The position numbers and the translations under genes were made by a program. 64,000 bases of DNA from Planctomycetota bacterium (GTDB lineage Bacteria; Planctomycetota; OFTM77): the NCBI GenBank assembly GCA_040219065.1, contig JAVJTD010000031.1:32236-96235 (forward strand), given 5' to 3'. Below the pieces are notes generated by a model that was given only the letters and a program-made list of their open reading frames with translations, did no database searches and was not told the DNA's origin. This document shows positions 1 through 7,863 of this stretch, one piece after another. Numbering within the stretch: position 1 is the first letter of the stretch; every line of letters begins with the position of its first letter.

Positions 1-58
1 ACGGACGCCTCATTTATCAAATGAAGGACTTCACCCTGAGCGCCCGGCCGAATCTGTC

Positions 59-1108
59 ATGACCTACACCCGCGTCCGGCTAGGAGCGATCGGCTACGAG
101 CTCCCCCCGATCGTCGTCAGCTCAGCGGAGCTCGAAGCGCGCCTGGCGCCCGTCTACCAGGCGCTGCACCTACCCCTCGGCCAGCTCGAGCAGCTCACCG
201 GCATCCACGAGCGCCGCTATTGGGAGGAAGGCTACCCGTTGTCCTTGGGTGCCGCCGCCGCGGCGCGCCGCGCGCTCGAACGAAGCGGCGTCGAGGCCCA
301 GGACATCGAGGTCTTGATCTATGCGGGCGTCTGCCGCGAGCAGTTCGAGCCGGCGACGGCCTGCCGCGTTGCGCACGAGCTCGGCGTCTCGCGCTCGGCC
401 GCGATCTTCGATTTGAGCAACGCGTGCCTCGGTGTGATGAACGGCATCCTCGACGTCGCCAACCGCATCGAGCTCGGCCAGATTCGTGCCGGGCTGGTCG
501 TCTCCTGTGAGGCGTCCCGTGACATCATCGAGCTCTCCATCGAGAGGATGCTCGAAAGCGGCAAGGACCTCGGCCTGTTCACACGCTCGATCGCGACCCT
601 GACGGGCGGCTCGGGCGCCGTCGCGGTACTGCTCACCGACGGGAGCTTCGGCGAGGAGGATCGTCCGCGCCTCGTCGGCGGCGTCACCGAGAATGCGCCG
701 GAGCACCACGAGCTCTGCCGCTGGGGCGTGCATCCGACGGAGACGCGCGGCTTGCGCCGCGAAGAGATGGCCACCGACTCGGTCGCGGTCCTGAAGAACG
801 GCGTCGAGCTGGGCGTGCGCACTTTCGGAGCATTGCTGGCCAAGCTCGGCTGGAGTGGCCAATCGATCGACCGCGTCATCTGCCACCAGGTCGGGTCGGC
901 CCACCAGAGCACGATCCTTCAATCGCTCGGGATTTCCGTCGAGAAGGACTTCGCGACCTACCCCTTCTTGGGCAACATCGGTACGGTGTCCCTGCCCCTG
1001 ACGGCCGCCATCGCAGCCGAGCGGCGAGTGCTGAAGCACGGCGACCGCGTGGCGTGGCTGGGGATCGGGAGCGGACTCAATTGCCTGATGCTGGGCTGGG
1101 AGTGGTGA
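59..1108 (+). CDS. oleA: OleA-type thiolase / 3-oxoacyl-ACP synthase III-like condensing enzyme
   Basis: 349 aa FabH-like fold with Cys in SNACLG, His in ICHQVGSAHQ and Asn in GNIGTVS. It is the first gene of a thiolase, alpha/beta hydrolase, AMP-ligase and NAD-reductase series typical of oleABCD. Confidence 0.75.
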   Translation: MTYTRVRLGAIGYELPPIVVSSAELEARLAPVYQALHLPLGQLEQLTGIHERRYWEEGYPLSLGAAAAARRALERSGVEAQDIEVLIYAGVCREQFEPATACRVAHELGVSRSAAIFDLSNACLGVMNGILDVANRIELGQIRAGLVVSCEASRDIIELSIERMLESGKDLGLFTRSIATLTGGSGAVAVLLTDGSFGEEDRPRLVGGVTENAPEHHELCRWGVHPTETRGLRREEMATDSVAVLKNGVELGVRTFGALLAKLGWSGQSIDRVICHQVGSAHQSTILQSLGISVEKDFATYPFLGNIGTVSLPLTAAIAAERRVLKHGDRVAWLGIGSGLNCLMLGWEW

Positions 1109-2007
1109 TGGAAGCGCAGTCTCCTTTTCCCGAGCACTACTTCGAGCGGGACGGGCTGAAGCGGCACTACGTCGACGAAGGCCACGGCGATCCGGTGGTG
1201 ATGGTGCACGGCAACCCGAGCTGGTCGTTTGCATTTCGGCATCTCGTCACCGAGCTGAGCCGCGATCACCGGACGATCGTGCCCGATCACATCGGCTGCG
1301 GGTTGTCCGACAAGCCCGGCGATGACCGTTACCGATACACCGCCGAGAGCCGCGTCGCCGACCTGACCGCGCTCCTCGATCACCTGGGCATCGACTCGAA
1401 CGTCACGCTCATCGTGCACGACTGGGGCGGCATGATCGGCATGGGCTGGGCCGTGCGTCACATCGAGCGCATCGCTCGCCTCGTCGTCCTGAACACCGCC
1501 GCCTTCCGTTTGCCGAAGGCGAAGCGTCTCCCGTTCGCGCTCTGGCTCACGCGCAACACGCCCCTGGGCACGTTTCTCGTGCGCGGCTTCAATGCCTTCG
1601 CCCGCGGCACCGCTCGCATCGGGACGAAGCGCGCGCCCATGCCCCAGGGCGTGCAGGAGCAATACGTCGCGCCGTACGACTCGTGGGCGCACCGCATCGC
1701 CACCTTGCGCTTCGTGCAGGACATCCCCCTGAAGCCGGGCGATCCGTCGTGGCCGCTGCTCGAGGAAGTCGAGGCCGGTCTCGAGAAGCTCCACGATAAG
1801 CCCATGTGGATCGGCTGGGGCGAGCGCGACTTCGTCTTCGATCGCCACTTCCTCGAAGAGTGGATGCGCCGCTTCCCACGCGCCGAGGTCCATCGGTTCC
1901 CCGACTGCGGACACTATGTCTTCGAGGATGCCCGCGAGGAGATCGTGCGGGGTATTCGCGCGTTCGTCGATGCTCACCCGCTGACGGCCACGAGCATCGC
2001 GCAGTGA
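1108..2007 (+). CDS. oleB: OleB-type alpha/beta hydrolase (haloalkane dehalogenase-like)
   Basis: Nucleophile elbow VHDWGG with an Asp nucleophile and an HGNPSWSF motif. The ATG at 1108 overlaps the oleA stop (ATGA), so the ORF-track N-terminal extension from 1054 is rejected. Confidence 0.75.
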   Translation: MEAQSPFPEHYFERDGLKRHYVDEGHGDPVVMVHGNPSWSFAFRHLVTELSRDHRTIVPDHIGCGLSDKPGDDRYRYTAESRVADLTALLDHLGIDSNVTLIVHDWGGMIGMGWAVRHIERIARLVVLNTAAFRLPKAKRLPFALWLTRNTPLGTFLVRGFNAFARGTARIGTKRAPMPQGVQEQYVAPYDSWAHRIATLRFVQDIPLKPGDPSWPLLEEVEAGLEKLHDKPMWIGWGERDFVFDRHFLEEWMRRFPRAEVHRFPDCGHYVFEDAREEIVRGIRAFVDAHPLTATSIAQ

Positions 2008-3677
2008 AGGGTACCGAGCGAGCCCCGAGGGTCGATGCGCCGCCGGACGCGCCCGGCTCGGTCAACGTCGCTCAGTACCTACCCGAGCAGGCTGCCCGGC
2101 AGCCCGGCGGCATCGCGCTGCGCTTCGAGGCATTGAGAGGACCGCGCGCCGAATGGAGCTTTCGAGCGCTCGATCAGGAGTGCGACCGGCTCGCCCACGG
2201 CCTCGAAGGCATCGGCATTCGCCGCGGCGTGCGCACCGTCCTCATGGTGCCGCCCTCGCCCGAGCTCTTCGCGTTGACGTTCGCGCTCTTCAAGATCGGC
2301 GCCGTCCCGGTGCTCGTCGACCCGGGCATGGGCGTGAGGAGCCTCGGGAAATGCCTCGATGAGGCCGCGCCTCAGGCGTTCATCGGCATTCCCAAGGCCC
2401 ATGTCGCCAGGCGCCTCTTGGGTTGGGCGAAGCGCACCGTCACGATCTCGGTGACGACGGGTAGGTTGGGCGGTCAGCCGCTGAGTCGCGTGCGCCGTGA
2501 CACCGGGCGCTCCTTCGAGATGGCAGACACCACCGCGGACGACATCGCCGCGATCCTGTTCACGAGCGGCAGCACGGGCGTGCCGAAGGGAGCCGTCTAC
2601 ACCCATGGCATCTTCACGGCGCAGATCGAGATGCTGCGGGAAGCCTACGGCATCGAGCCCGGTGAGGTGGACCTGCCGACGTTTCCCTTGTTCGCGCTCT
2701 TCGATCCGGCGCTCGGCATGACGGCCGTGATTCCCAAGATGGACTTCACGCGCCCGGGACACGTCCATCCGCCGAACATCATCGGGCCGATCCAAGAGCA
2801 CGCGATCACGAACATGTTCGGCTCGCCGGCTCTGCTGGACCGCGTCGGACGCTTCGGAGTGAAGGAAGGTGTGAAGCTTCCCTCATTGCGCCGCGTGCTC
2901 TCGGCCGGAGCCCCCGCCTCACCCGCCAACCTGGCGAGGTTCCAGAGCCTGCTCGAGGAAGGCGCCGAGATCTTCACGCCTTATGGGGCGACCGAGGCCT
3001 TGCCCGTCGCCTCGATCGGCAGCCGGGCGATCCTGGAGGAGACGCGGGAGGCGACCGAGCAAGGCGCGGGCATCTGCGTCGGCCGACCGGTGAGCGGCGT
3101 CGACGTCGCGATCATCGCCATCGACGACGGTCCGATCGAGGAGTGGTCGGAGACGATGCGCCTGCCGGCCAGGGAGGTCGGTGAGATCGTCGTCCACGGC
3201 CCGATCGTGACGCAGTCCTATCATTCGCGGCTCGAGGCGGATCGACTTTCCAAGATCGAGGATCTCGGCACGGGGCGCCGGCGCCATCGCCATCGCATGG
3301 GCGACCTGGGATACCTCGACGACGCAGGTCAGCTCTGGTTCTGCGGACGCAAAGCGCATCGCGTCGAGACCGAGAGCGGTCGCCTGTACACGATCTGCCT
3401 CGAGCGGATCTTCGATGCGCACCCGGCCGTGCGTCGCTCGGCCCTGGTCGGGGTCGGGAAGCGGGGCGAGCAGAGGCCGGTCCTCTGCGTCGAGCTGGAG
3501 AAGGACGGGAGTGAGGAAGCCGTGCGACGCGAGCTGCTCGAGATGGCTCGAATGCACGAGACGACCCGCGAGGTGAAAGACATCCTCTTCCACAAAGGGT
3601 TCCCCGTCGACATCCGCCACAACGCCAAGATATTCCGCGAGAAGCTCGCGGTGTGGGCCAGGGGGAAGCTGCGTTGA
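2004..3677 (+). CDS. oleC: OleC-type AMP-dependent synthetase/ligase
   Basis: AMP-binding motif LFTSGSTGVPKGAVYTH and adenylate-forming family signatures. The likely GTG start at 2004 overlaps the oleB stop. The ORF-track extension from 1806 overlaps oleB and is unlikely to be coding. Confidence 0.75.
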   Translation: MKGTERAPRVDAPPDAPGSVNVAQYLPEQAARQPGGIALRFEALRGPRAEWSFRALDQECDRLAHGLEGIGIRRGVRTVLMVPPSPELFALTFALFKIGAVPVLVDPGMGVRSLGKCLDEAAPQAFIGIPKAHVARRLLGWAKRTVTISVTTGRLGGQPLSRVRRDTGRSFEMADTTADDIAAILFTSGSTGVPKGAVYTHGIFTAQIEMLREAYGIEPGEVDLPTFPLFALFDPALGMTAVIPKMDFTRPGHVHPPNIIGPIQEHAITNMFGSPALLDRVGRFGVKEGVKLPSLRRVLSAGAPASPANLARFQSLLEEGAEIFTPYGATEALPVASIGSRAILEETREATEQGAGICVGRPVSGVDVAIIAIDDGPIEEWSETMRLPAREVGEIVVHGPIVTQSYHSRLEADRLSKIEDLGTGRRRHRHRMGDLGYLDDAGQLWFCGRKAHRVETESGRLYTICLERIFDAHPAVRRSALVGVGKRGEQRPVLCVELEKDGSEEAVRRELLEMARMHETTREVKDILFHKGFPVDIRHNAKIFREKLAVWARGKLR

Positions 3678-4684
3678 GGGCGCTCGTCACCGGGGCCGGC
3701 GGCTTTCTCGGCGGCGCGATCACGAGGCAGCTACTCGAGCGCTCGGACGAGGTCAGAAGCTTGGCCCGCGGCGCTTATCCCGAGCTGGAGGCGCTCGGCG
3801 TCGAGACTCGGCGCGGCAGCGTGGCCGATGTCGATGACGTCTTCGAGGCGGCCGAAGGCTGCGACATCGTCTTCCATGTCGCGGCCAAAGCCGGGATCTG
3901 GGGACCAAAGGTCGACTACTTTCGCACCAATGTCGTCGGCACCCGCAACGTCCTCGCCGTGTGTCAGAAGCTGGGCATCGAGCGCCTCGTCTACACGAGC
4001 TCGCCGAGCGTCGTGTTCTCAGGCGGTGACATCGAAGGTCGCGACGAGTCCCTGCCGTATCCCGAACGCTACTTGGCCGCCTACCCCGAGACCAAGGCCC
4101 GCGCCGAGCAAGAGGTGTTGGCAGCGAATGGTCCGTCCCTGCGAACGGTGGCACTGCGCCCGCACTTGATCTGGGGCCCCGGTGACAATCACCTCGTGCC
4201 GAGACTGATCGCCCGCGCGAAGGCCGGTCAGCTCCGTCTCGTCGCCGGCGGCCGCGGCCGCGTCGACTCGGTCTACATCGACGACGCCGCTCGAGCACAC
4301 CTGCTGGCGGCCGATGCGATCGCGGCAGTGGACTCCCCTGCCGCCGGCCAAGCCTACTTTATCTCCCAAGGCGAGCCCTGGACGATGCGCGATCTCCTGA
4401 ACGGCATCCTCGAAGCGGCCGGCCTACCGCCCGAGTCCCGCTCGATCCCGGGCCCCGTCGCCTACTTCGCAGGCGCCCTGATGGAGCTGTCGTATCGGGC
4501 GCGAGGCAAGACCGAAGAGCCCCGCATGACCCGCTTCCTCGCCCACCAGCTCGCCAGGGCCCACTGGTTCGACATCACTGCCGCCCGCCGTGACCTCGGC
4601 TATGAGCCATCGATGTCGATCCACGAAGGCCTCGAGAGATTGAGAGAGTCGTTGCGGGAAACCAGAGCCCACACGGGTCCCTGA
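3653..4684 (+). CDS. oleD: OleD-type NAD(P)-dependent reductase (3-beta-hydroxysteroid dehydrogenase/epimerase family)
   Basis: Rossmann motif LVTGAGGFLGG, a YxxxK (YPETK) active site and an extended SDR/3b-HSD fold. The start may instead be TTG 3674, which overlaps the oleC stop. Confidence 0.75.
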   Translation: MGQGEAALRALVTGAGGFLGGAITRQLLERSDEVRSLARGAYPELEALGVETRRGSVADVDDVFEAAEGCDIVFHVAAKAGIWGPKVDYFRTNVVGTRNVLAVCQKLGIERLVYTSSPSVVFSGGDIEGRDESLPYPERYLAAYPETKARAEQEVLAANGPSLRTVALRPHLIWGPGDNHLVPRLIARAKAGQLRLVAGGRGRVDSVYIDDAARAHLLAADAIAAVDSPAAGQAYFISQGEPWTMRDLLNGILEAAGLPPESRSIPGPVAYFAGALMELSYRARGKTEEPRMTRFLAHQLARAHWFDITAARRDLGYEPSMSIHEGLERLRESLRETRAHTGP

Positions 4685-4924
4685 CATGGAGCCGTAGCCG
4701 GTGGGATGGCGAGGTTCACGGCGTGGACCTCATCCGGCTGGCGATGAGTAAGGGACGATCCGACCTGCCCGTCAGTCAGGTCGTCAGAACGTTCCCTCGC
4801 CTTCGCTTGCGGGATCCGGTCCCGTCGTCCCTCACGAGGCCCCTCTGAATCGGTGGCGAGCTCTGTGCGCGCCGGCGTGTTGCCAACCCCGCGCCAGGGA
4901 CCTGTTCGGGCTCCGATCGTCTGT

Positions 4925-4956
4925 CTCAGCGCCGCCGGTCCGCCGGCGGCGCTGAG
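4925..4956. terminator. perfect 14-bp stem / 4-nt loop GC hairpin between convergent oleD and transporter genes
   Basis: CTCAGCGCCGCCGG-TCCG-CCGGCGGCGCTGAG is read directly in the sequence. There is no U-tract, so any terminator function is inferred. Confidence 0.25.
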
Positions 4957-5304
4957 TTGAAGCTAATGGGAACGCCGCATTCGGACCGCCGGCTTCAGCC
5001 GGTCTCCGTGTCCTCCATCCCAGCGCCTCGGAGAGGACCCAGACCTAAGATCCGAAACTCCGTGGCCCGATGCCGCCGGGGCGATCGGAACGCCATCTTC
5101 AAAGTTGAGAGTTGGAAGTCGAGCCGTTGGACGTTCGGGAGAGCCGGGCTCGACGGGTTTCACCATCTGCATGCTCCGGAGGTCCTCCGCCAGAGCCCGC
5201 GCAACCGAAAACAGAGTCCGCGCGACCGAAACGGGAAGCGGTCACGGAAAGGTGCCGAGCAAGGGGCCGTTCGGAGCGCCGCACCTGATCACACGATCAC
5301 CTGA

Positions 5305-6681
5305 TCACACGACCTCCGCCCCTTGTACGATCTCTTTCTTCTCGTGGAAGACGAACACGAACAGCAGCATGATCACCGCGGCAAAGATGGCCGGGAACAT
5401 CCAGATGGACTTCCAATCGAGGGCGGCCCGCTCGAGGAGATCGTCTCGCCGGGCGGTGAGGTCGTCGATCTCTTCCTTCGTATCGGTGGCCTCACTGCCC
5501 CTTTGTACCTCGTACTCTTCGGCCAACGAGTCGATCGTCTGGGTCAGCTCTTCTGCTTGCGTCGAAAGCTCTTCAGCGTTTTCCGGGGTGTTCTGGGCCT
5601 CGACGACTCCGGCCACCTGTGCCCCGATCAGCATCCCGAGGCCGAGCGTGAAGAAGACGAGCATGCCCTGCGCTTGGCCACGAATCGCCTTCGTCGCGAC
5701 CTTGTCCGTGTAGATCTGGCCGGTGACGAAGAAGAAGTCGTAGCAGATGCCGTGCAGTACGATGCCGCCGATGATCATCCAGGCGACCTCGTCCGGCGCT
5801 CCGAACGCGAACAAGGCGTAGCGCACGACCCAGGCGAGCATTCCGACGAAGAGCATCCACTTCACGCCGAGGCGAGCGAAGAAGAACGGCATCACCAGCA
5901 TGAAGAAGACTTCGGACATCTGGCCGTAGGACATCGTCGCACCAGAAGTCTCTTCGAAGCCAGACTGCGACACATAGGCACCGGCGAGCTGATAGTAGAA
6001 GGCAAGCGGGATGCAGATCAGGAAAGAGCTGACCATGAACGCGAGGTAGGCGGGTCGCTTCAGGAGGATCAACGCATCCAGTCCGAGCACTTCACGCGCC
6101 GTGATCTTCTCTCCGGCCGCCGGGGGGGGCGTGTGAGGCAGGCTGAAGCTGTAGATCCCCATCACGGCAGCCGCCGCGGTCGCGACGTAGAACATTTCGA
6201 TCGTGCCGTTCCAGCTGCAGAGACTGATGAGCAGTCCCGCCGCGATCCAGCCGATCGTCCCGAACACGCGGATCACCGGGAACTGCTTCTCGGCGTCGTC
6301 CATGTTGTGGAGCGCGAGCGTGTTAGTGAGCGAGAGCGTCGGATAGTAGGTGAGCATGTACCCGAGAAAGACCAGGTTGATCAGGCCTGGAGACGGCACG
6401 TCCGCCTTCATCAGGGTCACCGCCCCGAACATGATGGCGGCGCCCGCGAGGTGCAGCACCCCCATGATCCGCTCGGTCGAGAAGAAGCGGTCGGCGATCA
6501 TGCCGACGAAGAACGGCGAGAGCATGCCCGCAATGGGCCCGACCGAGTAGGTGATGGCGATCTCGCTCGGTCCGAATCCGATCTGGCCGAGGTACACGTA
6601 CGCCAAGACGTACCAGGACCCCCACATGAAGAACTGGAAGAACATCATCACGCAGAGGCGAGCGGTCAGCGTCGGATTCAT
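5305..6681 (-). CDS. nucleoside:H+ symporter family MFS transporter (NupG/XapB-like)
   Basis: The N-terminal FFQFFMWGSWY signature and overall NupG-like topology support the call. It carries an unusual roughly 55-aa acidic helical insertion (ENAEELSTQAEELTQTIDSLAEEY...) before the last TM helix. Confidence 0.7.
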   Translation of the reverse strand: MNPTLTARLCVMMFFQFFMWGSWYVLAYVYLGQIGFGPSEIAITYSVGPIAGMLSPFFVGMIADRFFSTERIMGVLHLAGAAIMFGAVTLMKADVPSPGLINLVFLGYMLTYYPTLSLTNTLALHNMDDAEKQFPVIRVFGTIGWIAAGLLISLCSWNGTIEMFYVATAAAAVMGIYSFSLPHTPPPAAGEKITAREVLGLDALILLKRPAYLAFMVSSFLICIPLAFYYQLAGAYVSQSGFEETSGATMSYGQMSEVFFMLVMPFFFARLGVKWMLFVGMLAWVVRYALFAFGAPDEVAWMIIGGIVLHGICYDFFFVTGQIYTDKVATKAIRGQAQGMLVFFTLGLGMLIGAQVAGVVEAQNTPENAEELSTQAEELTQTIDSLAEEYEVQRGSEATDTKEEIDDLTARRDDLLERAALDWKSIWMFPAIFAAVIMLLFVFVFHEKKEIVQGAEVV

Positions 6682-6855
6682 GTGCGCTCTCGTTCGGAAG
6701 ACGGGTCGAACGGGTCAGGTGTCCCAGGAAGGTCGGGGCATTCTACGGGCGGCGCCCGGTTCAGAAAAGGCGGCTCCGGCTCAGGTTCCGGCACTCGACC
6801 CGGCCGGGAAGGCCGAAGGCGCGGACGGGGAGTCCTCCACTTGGCCGCGAGTTCT

Positions 6856-6886
6856 GGAAATAAAAAAAACTCCGTAACAAAACGCA
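6856..6886. promoter_or_regulatory. A-tract / AT-rich island in the divergent intergenic region
   Basis: GGAAATAAAAAAAACTCCGTAACAAAAC sits in a 68% GC background, upstream of both the minus-strand transporter and the plus-strand gene at 6987. A UP-element-like role is inferred. Confidence 0.2.
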
Positions 6887-6986
6887 CCTCCGCGGCGAGC
6901 CTAGGGGAATCCCCCTCGCCGTTCCGGGAAGGTGTGCACTCATCGACTCGGTGTGTCATTCCATCAACAACTGATTCAGGCGAGTC

Positions 6987-7485
6987 GATGAAGCTGAGCC
7001 GAGAACGCATTGCGGAGCTCCCCACAAAGAGTCGGGTGGCTTTTGCCGCGGCTTGTGCCAGGCGATCACTCGAGGCACTGATCCAACAGCTCGCCGATCA
7101 GGAGCAGCAAAGGGCCTTCGACAACCTGCAGACGGCCCTCTCCGTGGTCGAGAGCTACGTGACCACGAGGGAGCATCCTCAAGACCCCTTTCGCGCCAAC
7201 GGTCTCGTGACGAACATCCTCGTCAAGCTTCGCGCGGAAGAAGAGCTCGCCGGGCACGTCTGCAGTGTCATCTCCGAAGCCCTCCTGGCGCAGTCCGCCG
7301 CCATGGCGGGCCGAGACGAGGCCATCACCCAGGCCGTCTCTCAGGCCGCCCACATCGCCGCCGACACGATCCTCGGCCGCGAGGTGGTCATCGAGCTGCT
7401 CGGGCGGTGCCTCGAGATCGCTCGTGCCCGCGACTGGGCCGACGACTCCCTCGTCGATCCGGACATCCTCGACGACGCAGGGTGA
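6987..7485 (+). CDS. hypothetical protein (helical, 166 aa)
   Basis: ATG 6987 opens a coherent non-low-complexity ORF. The long ORF-track entry 5323..7485 is otherwise antisense to the transporter. Confidence 0.35.
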
Positions 7486-7526
7486 GTGCTTCTCGGCGCG
7501 GCAACCGCTCGGTAGACTCCCGGTCA

Positions 7527-7684
7527 TGAAGCTCACCACCGGTCAGACCCTCTACCTCATTGGCGCAATCGTCGTGGCGGCCCTGATCACCATTCCGTCG
7601 TGGACGGCGCGCCTCCTGATCGTCCTCGCCGTCGTGATGGGCGTCGTCTCGTGGTGGCTGCGAAGGATGTCGTCCAGGCCGTAG
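7527..7684 (+). CDS. small membrane protein (52 aa, two TM segments)
   Basis: MKLTTGQTLYLIGAIVVAALITIPSWTARLLIVLAVVMGVVSWWL. The hydrophobic pattern is the only support. Confidence 0.3.
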
Positions 7685-7863
7685 GAAGTGCTCCGATTCG
7701 CCCGCGCGGCCAAGTTGTGTCATACTGATCGCAGCCAAGAGATCAAAAGCACCATTTCCAGCCCGCCTGGCTCCGCACCGATCGCGGTCGCCTCATCCGG
7801 CAAACCGCTCGATGCCTGCTTCGCAAAGCCGCCGAAGCGACCGGGCGCGAGACCTTCCGCCAG

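Noticed and set aside
170-1234. 354-aa minus-strand ORF antisense to oleA, with many similar long antisense ORFs elsewhere. Examples are 5323..6986 +, 18359..19594 -, 19494..20756 -, 23129..24559 -, 24621..25502 -, 28307..30183 +, 35163..37829 +, 52638..56984 + and 59459..60661 +.
   Set aside because: They are Arg/Pro/Gly/Ala-rich with no family motifs. Each is fully overlapped by an opposite-strand ORF carrying clear catalytic signatures. These are typical shadow ORFs of a 68% GC genome.
1806-2003. N-terminal extensions of the ORF-track entries for oleC (1806), oleB (1054), the propeller lipoprotein (11259), the MocR regulator (50342), the decarboxylase (50438 end), cheR copies, the HAD hydrolase and the coiled-coil giant (63001).
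   Set aside because: The extensions overlap the preceding gene or are low-complexity basic sequence. Internal starts with an RBS or overlapping-stop geometry, and with family-typical N-termini, were chosen instead.
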